From NCBI GenBank assembly GCA_965541615.1, contig CBEUCJ010000002.1:159795-223794 (forward strand): a DNA stretch of 64,000 nucleotides, in the 5' to 3' direction. The position numbers and the translations under genes are program-made. Shown here piece by piece: positions 11,876-21,180 of this stretch. The stretch comes from an uncultured bacterium (GTDB taxonomy: Bacteria; Omnitrophota; Gorgyraeia; Duberdicusellales; CBEUCJ01). Under the pieces are notes generated by a model, which was given only the letters and a program-made list of their open reading frames with translations, had not been told where the DNA came from and did no database searches. Position 1 is the stretch's first letter, and each line of letters starts with the position of its first letter.

Positions 11876-12407
11876 ACCTTTTCCAGTAAAATTAATAATA
11901 GGATTTATTTTTAAGGATTACAAAATTTTGAAAGAGGCTGAAAAAATCTTAGAAAAAAAATTTAAAGAAATTGATTTTGAATCTGAAATCATTCCATTTA
12001 ATTTCACTGATTACTATGAACAGGAAATGGGTAAAGATTTAAAAAGAAAATTCATCAGTTTTAAAAAATTAATTATGCCTCAAAAAATAAGAAAGATTAA
12101 AGAATATACTATAAAAATAGAGAAAAAGTTTTCTTTTGATAAGAAGAGAAAAATAAACATAGACCCTGGTTATCTAACAGACTCTCAACTTGTGCTTTCA
12201 ACGACAAAACCTTATTTTCACAGAATTTATTTGGGAAATTGCATATGGGCAGAAGTTACTCTCTTTTATCAAAATAAAACTTTTAGGTATTTTGATTGGA
12301 CTTATCCAGATTACAGAACTCCTGCTTATATTGAGATTTTTAATAAGATAAGAGAAATTTATCTAACTCAAAAAAGAGAACTTTTGAAAAAATGCAAGAA
12401 GACTTAG
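11856..12407 (+). CDS. DUF4416-like protein
   Basis: 183 aa; recalled family signature NFTDYYEQEMG...RKF; 20-nt overlap with upstream gene. Confidence 0.4.
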   Translation: MIERKIKPFPVKLIIGFIFKDYKILKEAEKILEKKFKEIDFESEIIPFNFTDYYEQEMGKDLKRKFISFKKLIMPQKIRKIKEYTIKIEKKFSFDKKRKINIDPGYLTDSQLVLSTTKPYFHRIYLGNCIWAEVTLFYQNKTFRYFDWTYPDYRTPAYIEIFNKIREIYLTQKRELLKKCKKT

Positions 12408-13330
12408 ATGAAAAAATTAGAATTCTTTATAAAATTTATCAAAAATGTGAGCTTTGTCCTAGGAGATGCAGAGTAAATAGATTAAAGAATCAAAAAGGCT
12501 TTTGTAGAGCACCTTCACAGATAAAACTGTATTCTTATTTTCCTCACAAAGGAGAAGAACCACCAATCTCTGGTAAAAATGGCTCAGGAATAGTATTTTT
12601 CTCTCATTGCAATTTAAGATGTGTTTATTGTCAAAATTATAAGTTTTCTCATTTAGAAGAAGGACAAATTTTAAGTCCTCAAAAATTATCTGATATTTTT
12701 TTAGAATTGCAAGATTTAAGTGTGCATAATATAAATTTAGTTACAGCGACTCAATTTTTACCTCCTATTTTAGAAGCTATAAAGATCAGCAAGTCAAAGG
12801 GATTAAATCTTCCTATAGTTTATAACACAAGTGGTTATGAGAACCCTGAGATTATAGAAATTTTAGAAAATGTTGTAGATATTTATTTAGCAGATTTTAG
12901 ATATTTAAATCCTGTTTATTCTTTAAAATTTTCAAATTCATCAGATTATCCTCAAGTAGTCTTAAAAGCTTTAAAGAAAATGTATGAAAAGACAGGAGAT
13001 CTTTTGTATGAAGATGGGATACTAAAAAAAGGATTAATAATTAGAGTTCTGGTTTTGCCTTCACTTTTAAAAGAAGCCAAAAATATTTTAATAAAAATTA
13101 AAGAAATTTTTGGAGGCAAAAAAATAGGAGTAAGTCTCTTAACACAATTTTATCCTTTTTATAAAGCCAAAGATTTTACTGAAATTAATAGGAGATTAAC
13201 TAATTCAGAAGTAGAAGAAATTATAGATTTCTTTTTGTCTCTTAAATTTTATGAGGGGTGGTTCCAAATAGATAGAGGAGAAGATAAATTCAGTGGAGAA
13301 AGATTTAAACAAAGAGTTTATAAAAAATAG
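12392..13330 (+). CDS. radical SAM protein, PflX-like (COG1313, homolog of pyruvate formate-lyase activating enzymes)
   Basis: 312 aa; N-terminal CELCPRRCRVNR...GFC auxiliary Cys cluster plus radical SAM CNLRCVYCQN. Confidence 0.7.
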   Translation: MQEDLDEKIRILYKIYQKCELCPRRCRVNRLKNQKGFCRAPSQIKLYSYFPHKGEEPPISGKNGSGIVFFSHCNLRCVYCQNYKFSHLEEGQILSPQKLSDIFLELQDLSVHNINLVTATQFLPPILEAIKISKSKGLNLPIVYNTSGYENPEIIEILENVVDIYLADFRYLNPVYSLKFSNSSDYPQVVLKALKKMYEKTGDLLYEDGILKKGLIIRVLVLPSLLKEAKNILIKIKEIFGGKKIGVSLLTQFYPFYKAKDFTEINRRLTNSEVEEIIDFFLSLKFYEGWFQIDRGEDKFSGERFKQRVYKK

Positions 13331-13351
13331 AATAGATAAAAAATTTTATTA

Positions 13352-13594
13352 TTTTGCTCCTAACAAAATTGAATTTTTTGTAAAGAAAATTCCTACAATA
13401 CAAGCTGTCAATAAACAAGCTAAAGTAGCAGCTAAAGACACTTTAAAACTAACTTCTGTTAAATCTTGAGTTCTTTTAGGTACCAAACTTGAAATTCCTC
13501 CTACAAAGATAGCAATAGACGCTAAATGCGTAAATCCACATAAAGCATAGGTAGCAATTACTGCTAATCTTATACAAACCTTAGAACAAAGAGT
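13352..13594 (-). pseudogene. remnant of a NupC-family concentrative nucleoside transporter C-terminus
   Basis: Minus-strand frame with no start codon: ...ATYALCGFTHLASIAIFVGGISSLVPKRTQDLTEVSFKVSLAATLACLLTACIVGIFF..., resembling NupC C-termini (CGFANFSSIAIQ.GGIG...); bounded 5' by an in-frame TGA. Confidence 0.45.
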
Positions 13595-13740
13595 TCATTT
13601 TGAACCAAATCTCAAAAAGTATTGAAAAGATTTGATTGTTTTAATTTCTTCTTTACATAAAAGTTAACATAAGATATATTATCGGAACTAATATATTTTA
13701 TACACTGAGCCACCTCACATCTAAATCGAATTATCTAGTT

Positions 13741-14856
13741 TTAAAAGGTTCTTTCAAATTGGTTTTTTTGAGAAACTTTGATTTGCTTTTTATATTTTTG
13801 TTTTTCCCAATTAAGGATACACTTTTTGTAAATTTTAAAAGCTTTTTTTCTTGAAAAATCCCATCTAACTAATCCAAAAAAATCTACTCCTGTGTTGAAA
13901 TGTTCTTTGCAATCCCTGAAAAATGCCCAGAATACCTTATCTACAAATTCAAGCTTAGGAATTTCGGTAAAAACTTTCTTTAAAAATTCTGCTTGTTCAG
14001 CTTCTGTAGGGCTCTTTCCAAACCACCAGGCATTTTCTTTAGAAGGTTTTTTAACTCCAGGACATCCAATTTCAGTAATCCATATTTTCTTTTCTTTGTC
14101 GCCAAATTTTTCCATCAATTTTTTTATATTTTTACATAAAATTTTAATTCTTTTTATACAATCTTTCTCTAAAGGATTTACAAAGGGATGAATATTCACA
14201 ATGTCAAAATAATCTTTTCCTCCCATCTCATATATTCTTTTTAAAGCGTAATATCCTTCAGGAGTCAAACCTCCTAATAAAATTTTTGCTGAAGGATCTA
14301 TTTCTTTTATAGCTTTGTAAGTTTTTTTAAGAAGCTTTAAATAGGTTTTCATCTCATCTTGAGGCTGCCAGTAAATTCTTGAATCTGGTTCATTCCAAAT
14401 TTCCCAATATTTTATTTTCTCTTTATACCTTTGGACGACTTTTCTTGCAAAATTAACGAAATCATCTAAATTATCTGGTGGACTATTCCAAGATTTTCCT
14501 GCCCAATCAGCACAGTAATCCAAAATTGCTAAAATTTTTATATTGTTTTCAGAAATAAGTTTTACTATATAGTCATATTTACTAAAATCAAACTTTCCTT
14601 TTTGAGGTTCTATATCTTGCCAGTAAAAATCTACACGCACAAAGCTTACTCCTAATTCTTTGAGGAGCTTAACTGCTTTTTTTAAATCTTTCTTTGGATA
14701 TTTGAAATTGTTCCAGGTATGATTCCAGGACAAAAATGCTAAAACCCCAAAAGGATTATCTTCTCTATCTCTCCCTCTTACATTTGATGAACTGTTAGAT
14801 AAACAAAAAGAAGATATCTGCAAACATAAACATAAGAACATTAAAAATCTACTCAT
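13741..14856 (-). CDS. secreted glycoside hydrolase, clan GH-A (GH5/GH39-like, PslG-like)
   Basis: 371 aa; signal peptide; acid/base motif WEIWNEPD and nucleophile motif WITEIG of (beta/alpha)8 clan A hydrolases. Confidence 0.65.
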   Translation of the reverse strand: MSRFLMFLCLCLQISSFCLSNSSSNVRGRDREDNPFGVLAFLSWNHTWNNFKYPKKDLKKAVKLLKELGVSFVRVDFYWQDIEPQKGKFDFSKYDYIVKLISENNIKILAILDYCADWAGKSWNSPPDNLDDFVNFARKVVQRYKEKIKYWEIWNEPDSRIYWQPQDEMKTYLKLLKKTYKAIKEIDPSAKILLGGLTPEGYYALKRIYEMGGKDYFDIVNIHPFVNPLEKDCIKRIKILCKNIKKLMEKFGDKEKKIWITEIGCPGVKKPSKENAWWFGKSPTEAEQAEFLKKVFTEIPKLEFVDKVFWAFFRDCKEHFNTGVDFFGLVRWDFSRKKAFKIYKKCILNWEKQKYKKQIKVSQKNQFERTF

Positions 14857-14903
14857 TTGTGAAATTTTTCACAATTTCAAAAAGATAAAAATAAGCTTTA
14901 AAT

Positions 14904-15062
14904 TACATCTTCCTTTTTAAATTTCTTCCCACAATTAGGACATTCAACTTCATCATCTAAAAATAAACTGCAGGGAACTTCTGTTCCACAATAAGGACAT
15001 ATTACAACATCTCCTCCCACTGTAAAATCATATTCTAAAAATTCATCAAATAAATCATCCAT
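14904..15062 (-). CDS. small zinc-ribbon protein (52 aa)
   Basis: MDDLFDEFLEYDFTVGGDVVICPYCGTEVPCSLFLDDEVECPNCGKKFKKEDV; two CxxC pairs; below track cutoff. Confidence 0.35.
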
Positions 15063-15349
15063 TTTTAAGATAGCTGGAGAATCTAAGTTTAAGCCTGTAT
15101 TATCCTTTAAAACCCAAAATAGTCTTTTATCAGCAACTTACCTTGAAATTTTATCTAGATAAAGCAATATATCTTGAATAAAAGATTCCAAAATCAGAAA
15201 ATGGAAGTTTGAATAAAATATTTAGCAGCAGCTAAATCACGTAAATTGCAAGATAAATTTTTTAGTGTTAGGCTTTTCATCTTTTCTAATTCAGAAAGAT
15301 TCTCTTTAATAATAGCAACCTTATTTTTTATTTTCTCTTTATCGATCAT
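15063..15349 (-). pseudogene. degenerate HepT-like (HEPN/DUF86) toxin gene, interrupted by stops/frameshift
   Basis: ATG overlaps the MntA-like stop (ATGA); first frame MIDKEKIKNKVAIIKENLSELEK...RDLAAAKYFIQTSIF* then a shifted frame continues ILESFIQDILLYLDKIS*, resembling the HepT core but with no intact R-x4-6-H segment. Confidence 0.35.
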
Positions 15350-15612
15350 TTTAAATAATTCTCTCTTAAAGCAGAAAAATATTCAGCATTAAATTCTCTA
15401 AGACGGGGTAAAGAATCATAATCACTTTTTGGATAAGTTGAACCTTGAACAAAAGACCCAAAAACATAGGGAGAAATAATTTTTGATTCTTGAGAAAATA
15501 CAGAAGTTAATTTACTTTTAAGCTCAGAGATTAAATTATTCATTGCAATAAATATATCATAATTCAAATTAACCTGCAATGATATTATTCTAAAGGAAAA
15601 GTAGTTGAGCAT
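15346..15612 (-). CDS. MntA-like minimal nucleotidyltransferase (antitoxin-type), possibly truncated
   Basis: 88 aa; GSFVQGSTYPKSDYD matches the GSxxxG...[DS]DxD NTase motif; the C-terminal tail is unusual. Confidence 0.45.
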   Translation of the reverse strand: MLNYFSFRIISLQVNLNYDIFIAMNNLISELKSKLTSVFSQESKIISPYVFGSFVQGSTYPKSDYDSLPRLREFNAEYFSALRENYLK

Positions 15613-15634
15613 GCATATCTAACTATTTCTACAG

Positions 15635-16288
15635 TCATTTTTTCATTTCCACCCAGAGACCTGCACGATCATAACTTATACGAAAATTTGATATACCTGC
15701 CTTATTTACCACCTCTTGTAATTTATCAGGTGAACTGTAGGCTTTGGCATCATCACCCAGAGAGCGATCTCTTAAAGATTTCATACGCTTATATTCTTCA
15801 TCAGTAACATATCGCCCAAAGCCTCCACCAACAAGGGCAATACCACCTTTCTTTAAAATTCTATAAATTTCTTTAAACACCTGCACCTTATCTTTCCAGC
15901 AATGATATGAACCTCTACTGATTATGAAATCAGCAAATTCATTCTCAAAAGGCATCTTGTGTGCATCACCCAGAACAGGAATTATTCTATCTGTCAAGCC
16001 TTCTCTTTCAATGTTCATGCGTGCAACTTCGTATATTGCTCTTTCCTTCTCCAGTGCAAAAATCTTTAATTTGGAATGCTTACATAACTCAATTGCAAAA
16101 ACAGCTGTCCCACAACCAACATCCACGCATACACCTTCTAAAACACCATAATCCTCAATAATTTGCTTAACAGTAGAGACAATTGCTGGCATAAAATTTT
16201 CTTTGACCATTTTATCAAAACGCTTCGCCTCTAAAAGGTCCATCTCAGTGTAATCAGCAGGAACACGTTCTTCAGACATAATCTTCAT
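15635..16288 (-). CDS. class I SAM-dependent methyltransferase
   Basis: 217 aa; motif I VDVGCGTAVFA, motif II ADFIISR. Confidence 0.75.
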   Translation of the reverse strand: MKIMSEERVPADYTEMDLLEAKRFDKMVKENFMPAIVSTVKQIIEDYGVLEGVCVDVGCGTAVFAIELCKHSKLKIFALEKERAIYEVARMNIEREGLTDRIIPVLGDAHKMPFENEFADFIISRGSYHCWKDKVQVFKEIYRILKKGGIALVGGGFGRYVTDEEYKRMKSLRDRSLGDDAKAYSSPDKLQEVVNKAGISNFRISYDRAGLWVEMKK

Positions 16289-16318
16289 CCCTCCTTTTTA
16301 ATTTTTTAAGGATAGTAA

Positions 16319-16681
16319 TTATTCTTTCTCCTTAAGCATCTGTAGTTTCTCTAATGTTTTCTCAATAACAATTTTTTCTTTATTGAAATACTTTATCATT
16401 CTTTCAAGACATTTTTGCCTTTCTTTTGGATCACCAAGATACATAGCACAAGCATCCATAAACTTTTTTGTTTTTCTCACATTCTCTTCTACTTCTTCAT
16501 CTATCTTTTCACTGTCATGTCTTACTGCACCTTTAGGACACACATTGTGACAGACTCCACAACGAATACAGTTGCTCATATTTATTACTGCCACGCCTTC
16601 CTCTAAAGAAATAGCTCCAACAGGACACTTCTCAACACATACACCACATCCAACACAATCTTCCTTTTTTATCCATGGCAT
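16319..16681 (-). CDS. 2x[4Fe-4S] ferredoxin-domain protein
   Basis: 120 aa; CVGCGVCVEKCP and CIRCGVCHNVCP. Confidence 0.8.
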   Translation of the reverse strand: MPWIKKEDCVGCGVCVEKCPVGAISLEEGVAVINMSNCIRCGVCHNVCPKGAVRHDSEKIDEEVEENVRKTKKFMDACAMYLGDPKERQKCLERMIKYFNKEKIVIEKTLEKLQMLKEKE

Positions 16682-16946
16682 TTAATCCACCTCCTCTCAC
16701 TTTTAATTTTTTATTTTATCAGTAATATTTCACCTAACTCCTTTTATATCTCAACGATTCAAATACAGACCAATTTTTTCTTCAATCAATATTATATAAC
16801 AAAATCTATATCAAGAGAAAATGGAAAGCTAATTTGGTAGAAAAGCAAAGGTACATGGTATACAGTTAGAACCTTCTCTTATTTTTGGTAAGGAATTTTG
16901 AAAAATTAAAAAGTGCCTCGTGGATTGATTTATTATTTGTTTTCCA

Positions 16947-18758
16947 TCAAAATTTAGGGAACGCAAGGGTTACAGGAAAAAGTTCTCTTACTGAATTGCA
17001 GATAAAGATTTTGTCTGCTTTCAGAAGGTCTTGGAAGAATAAAGATTTTTCAATAACCTTTTTACAGTTTGCTTTAATGAAATATCTTCTATATATTCCA
17101 TCTAAAAGTCCTGCACTTACAGGAGGGGTAAAATAAATACCATCTTTTAATATAAAAATATTAGAAATTGCTCCTTCTGTAATCTCTCCTTTTTTATTTG
17201 TAAATATTACCTCACAAAATCCATTATTTAAAGCTTTCCTGTATTCAGAATCATAAAGATTTCTGTTTGTGGTTTTATGGTAAAGAAATACGTTATGAGG
17301 ATCAGTCTTTGCTTTAGAAAGTATAATCTTATTTTTGCCTTTAAATTTAAGATTTTTTAAAATTTGCCATTCAACTTCTACTTTCCCTTTTTTATCCAGA
17401 AATAACTTTACCTTATAAAACTTTTTATCATTTAATTTCTTTTCCACCTCTTTCAGAATCTGTCTGATCTTTAAAGTGTCAAAATTAAAACCAAAATATT
17501 CTGCTGAATTTTTTAATCTTTTTAAATGCTCTTCTAAAAATACATAGCCTTTGTTATAAAGAATACTCTCAAATAATCTGAATTCTTTGTGTCTCTTAAT
17601 TAAAAAATTAGCTTTAAGTTTACATTCTTCATATTCTGATAAAGCCTTGGAGCTGATAACTACTCCTCCTCCAGCTCCCATCTCTCCTCTATCTTTATTT
17701 ATAATCACCGTCCTTATAGGCACATTGAATACACATTTTTTTAAATCTTTTGAAGGAAATATTATCCCCACTGCTCCGCAGTATACTTTTCTGGGAAAAT
17801 CTTCTAATTCGTTTATTATCTCCATACTTCTTATTTTTGGAGCTCCAGTAATTGAACCACAAGGAAAAAGACTTCTGAAAATATCTAAATAGGTAATATT
17901 CTCCTTTAAAATTCCCTCTATTGTGGAAGTCATCTGAAAAAGAGTCTCATACTTTTCTACTTCAAATAATTTAGTAACTTTTACAGAACCTTCTTTACAG
18001 ATTCTGCCTAAATCATTCCTTACTAAATCTGTAATCATCACATTTTCTGCTCTATTTTTTATACTTTTAAATAAATTTTTAGCTTTTATTTTATCTTCAT
18101 AAATATTTCTTCCTCTTTTAGCAGTTCCTTTCATAGGTTTACATATGATTCTGTCTTTTTCTATTCTAAAAAATAATTCTGGTGAAATTGATAAAATATA
18201 TTCATTGTTAAATTTTAAAAATGCTGTGTAAGGAGTTTTCTGTTTTTCTTTTAAATTCTGATAAAACCTAAATGCAGAACCTTCAAAATCAAATTTGTAC
18301 CTTAAAGTGTAATTCAGCTGATAAATATCACCTTCTCTTAAATATTCTTTAATCCTTTTAATCTTTTCTTTATATTCTGAAAAATTCTCACTTAAATTAA
18401 GACTTTTAATCTTATACTTTTTTTCTTCTTTCAGAAACTTTTTATAACAATTTTGAATCTCTTTTTCAAATGCAGGAAAAATTTTTGCTTTTTCAAAGAC
18501 ACCTAACTTTACCAGAGAAAATGGAAAGATTCTGGGAAAATTAGTCTTTAATCCTTCCTGAAGATAAAAACCTGCTTCATAAGAAATATATCCTGCCAGA
18601 TAATATCTTTTAGATAACTTCTCTATTCTTTTAAAAATTTCCTCTAAAGAATCTAATCTTTTCGTCTCTATAATCTCTACAGGGTCATAAAAAACAAAGT
18701 TATTAGAATCCAAATCTGTGGTTTTTAAAGTTTCAAATAGTAAAAAACAATTTCTCAT
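16947..18758 (-). CDS. pabB: aminodeoxychorismate synthase component I fused to class IV aminotransferase (aminodeoxychorismate lyase-like) domain
   Basis: 603 aa; chorismate-binding signature ...PKIRSMEII...GAVGII...GAGGGVVISS... followed by C-terminal ~230-aa class IV aminotransferase-like region. Confidence 0.75.
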   Translation of the reverse strand: MRNCFLLFETLKTTDLDSNNFVFYDPVEIIETKRLDSLEEIFKRIEKLSKRYYLAGYISYEAGFYLQEGLKTNFPRIFPFSLVKLGVFEKAKIFPAFEKEIQNCYKKFLKEEKKYKIKSLNLSENFSEYKEKIKRIKEYLREGDIYQLNYTLRYKFDFEGSAFRFYQNLKEKQKTPYTAFLKFNNEYILSISPELFFRIEKDRIICKPMKGTAKRGRNIYEDKIKAKNLFKSIKNRAENVMITDLVRNDLGRICKEGSVKVTKLFEVEKYETLFQMTSTIEGILKENITYLDIFRSLFPCGSITGAPKIRSMEIINELEDFPRKVYCGAVGIIFPSKDLKKCVFNVPIRTVIINKDRGEMGAGGGVVISSKALSEYEECKLKANFLIKRHKEFRLFESILYNKGYVFLEEHLKRLKNSAEYFGFNFDTLKIRQILKEVEKKLNDKKFYKVKLFLDKKGKVEVEWQILKNLKFKGKNKIILSKAKTDPHNVFLYHKTTNRNLYDSEYRKALNNGFCEVIFTNKKGEITEGAISNIFILKDGIYFTPPVSAGLLDGIYRRYFIKANCKKVIEKSLFFQDLLKADKIFICNSVRELFPVTLAFPKF

Positions 18759-18788
18759 TTTATATTATTTTAGCACAAAACAAAAAAT

Positions 18789-18821
18789 CCCCTCTCTGTT
18801 CTTGATAGAACCAGAGAGGGG
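18789..18821 (-). terminator. rho-independent terminator downstream of the VIT-vWA gene
   Basis: Perfect 10-bp stem CCCCTCTCTG/CAGAGAGGGG with 13-nt loop; on the minus strand it is followed by ATTTTTTGTTTTGTG. Confidence 0.65.
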
Positions 18822-18838
18822 CACAAAAGATAGATTGA

Positions 18839-21115
18839 TTAAATGTATTCTAACTCTATCTCTATCTTGCCTGTAAAATCTTGAGGGAATTTTATTTTTC
18901 TTAAAACAGATTCAAGCTCCTCTTTTTTGTATCCTTTTCCTTGGTAAGCTTTTACTTCTATATTTATCAATTTTCCTCCTTCAATCTTTAAAACAAGAGT
19001 AATCTCTTTTAACCCCCATTTTTTAAATAATTCTCCCAAAGTCTTCTTTAGAGGTGATAATAATTTTTCTATCTTCTCCATTGAAAGCTTTTGAGTAAAT
19101 TTTCCTCCTTTTAAATAAACCTGACCCAATTCTTTTTTAGAAATAGCTTCCCATCTGTTTGTTGCTATCTCTTCTTTCTCAAAAGCAGGAGAAAATGCTT
19201 TCATAGTATACCTACCTAAAAAACCACAACCTTCTACTCCTTTCTTTCCCACAGCATAATCACTTACACCTTCAGGCAAAGGCAAAGGTTGTTTTACAGT
19301 AACTACCTCTCCTGTTTCTCTTCTGATTGTATCAATGGCAATAAAAGAGGTAAATTCTGTCATAAGAGAGTATTTTAAGCCTAATTTGATTATTTCTTTT
19401 TTTGTATTAACACCTACTTTTCTATAATCAGATAATTGCGCTATTCTTTCTCTTGCCCATAAATATTTTAAAGCTATATTTTCTTTATCTTCTTTAAAAG
19501 AGCTTACATCTATTATCTTTACAAAATCTCCTTTAGGGGTCTTTCCTGTAATCTTAATCTTTCCTTTAGCAGTTTTATACTTTCCAAAAATAACTATTGG
19601 TTTCTCGTAAAATAGATCACTAACTTTAGAAGGCTCTACATCATAAGCAGAAAATCCTTCAAACTCTACTTTAATATCTGTAAGAACAGGTGCTTTTATA
19701 TATTCTAAAAACTTTTCTGCTTTTAATTTAGCTTCTTTTTCATCGGTTGCTATAAAAGGTACTCCTTTTCCCACTCTTGCTATTCCTTCTATTAAATACC
19801 TGTTTACACCTTTACCTATTCCAAAAGCAAAAAAGTTTGCTTTATCTAGATTCTCTCTGATTAAATCAAAGACTTCTTTTTCTACAGCTACATAACCATC
19901 TGTAGCTATGACTATTATTCTGGATAAACCTTCTTTTTTCTTTAAAGATAAAGCTCTTCTTAAAGCAGATAAAATCCTTGTTCCTCCACCTCCTCTTTGA
20001 GCTTCCAGCATACTGATAGCTTTTAGCTTATTCTCAAAAGTTGCAGGAAGAGGTTTTTCTGATAATACTTTTGAGCCTCCAGAAAAGAACAAAATATTAA
20101 AGTAATCTTTTTCTCTTAAATTGTTAATTATCTTTTTTATTAAAGCTTTAGAAACTTCTAAAGGAAATCCATACATAGAACCTGAAACATCAACGATAAA
20201 TAGATATTCTCTGGGAGGAATATCTGATAAAGTAATTTTTTGTGGAGGTTGAGCCATCAGAAGGAAAAATTTTTCTTCTTCTCCTGGATAGAGTAACAAA
20301 CCTGTCTGGATACTCTTTCCTTTCAAAACATATCTTAAAATAAAATCTTTATTACCTCCTTTTTTCTCTTCTTTTGCTAATCTGATTACTGCTTCATTTT
20401 CAGATTTAAAATCTATGTCTACTTTGTGGGAAATAACTTTTATTTTGCTTATAGGAAGACCTGCTTTAATGTTTACAGTAATATCAAAATTGTAGGAAGG
20501 TTCAACACCTTGGTGAAGATATGGACTTTCTATCCAATCATTTTTTTCTGTAGGACTAGTTATTTCTCCAGAGTATCTTGGTCCTACCACTGTGGGAAAT
20601 ACAAATTCATAGACTCCATCTTCAGGTATTAAAAGCTCTGTGTAATTTACTGTTACTTTTACAATATCTTTTGGCATAATATTTGCGACTTTCATCTGGA
20701 AAACATTTGGTCTTTGTTGCTCTAATAAAGAAACGACTCTTCCCTCTTTCTTTGCCTGGATATAGTGTCTTTGAGCTAATTCTCTTTCTTCAATTTTAGC
20801 TATTATGGTTCTATTTCCTATTTCCATCTTCATACCATGGATTGCACTCTTTGTGCTTAAAGGGAATACATAAATTGCTTCTATTGTCCTTTTCCCTTCA
20901 TTTTTGTATACTTGGGTAAGTTCTACATAAGCTATTACTCCACTGATATTTACTTTTACTTTTGTCTCTAATAAAGGAAATTGGTCTATAGAGGGGTCTG
21001 AATTTGGTATAAAAAAATAAGGTGAAGGTTTGGTGTGTTCTTCTGAAATTACATCTGAAAACCCTTTTAAAGAAAAAGAACTTAATAGAATTAAAAATAA
21101 AATTACTTTCTTCAT
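18839..21115 (-). CDS. secreted VIT domain + von Willebrand factor A domain protein
   Basis: 758 aa; signal peptide; vWA MIDAS motif IVDVSGSM...T.DG; N-terminal VIT-like region. Confidence 0.75.
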   Translation of the reverse strand: MKKVILFLILLSSFSLKGFSDVISEEHTKPSPYFFIPNSDPSIDQFPLLETKVKVNISGVIAYVELTQVYKNEGKRTIEAIYVFPLSTKSAIHGMKMEIGNRTIIAKIEERELAQRHYIQAKKEGRVVSLLEQQRPNVFQMKVANIMPKDIVKVTVNYTELLIPEDGVYEFVFPTVVGPRYSGEITSPTEKNDWIESPYLHQGVEPSYNFDITVNIKAGLPISKIKVISHKVDIDFKSENEAVIRLAKEEKKGGNKDFILRYVLKGKSIQTGLLLYPGEEEKFFLLMAQPPQKITLSDIPPREYLFIVDVSGSMYGFPLEVSKALIKKIINNLREKDYFNILFFSGGSKVLSEKPLPATFENKLKAISMLEAQRGGGGTRILSALRRALSLKKKEGLSRIIVIATDGYVAVEKEVFDLIRENLDKANFFAFGIGKGVNRYLIEGIARVGKGVPFIATDEKEAKLKAEKFLEYIKAPVLTDIKVEFEGFSAYDVEPSKVSDLFYEKPIVIFGKYKTAKGKIKITGKTPKGDFVKIIDVSSFKEDKENIALKYLWARERIAQLSDYRKVGVNTKKEIIKLGLKYSLMTEFTSFIAIDTIRRETGEVVTVKQPLPLPEGVSDYAVGKKGVEGCGFLGRYTMKAFSPAFEKEEIATNRWEAISKKELGQVYLKGGKFTQKLSMEKIEKLLSPLKKTLGELFKKWGLKEITLVLKIEGGKLINIEVKAYQGKGYKKEELESVLRKIKFPQDFTGKIEIELEYI

Positions 21116-21180
21116 TTTTTCACCTCCTTTCCTTCCATTTATTTAGACAAATATTTTCAAATTTTGTTCCAAAAAAATTT

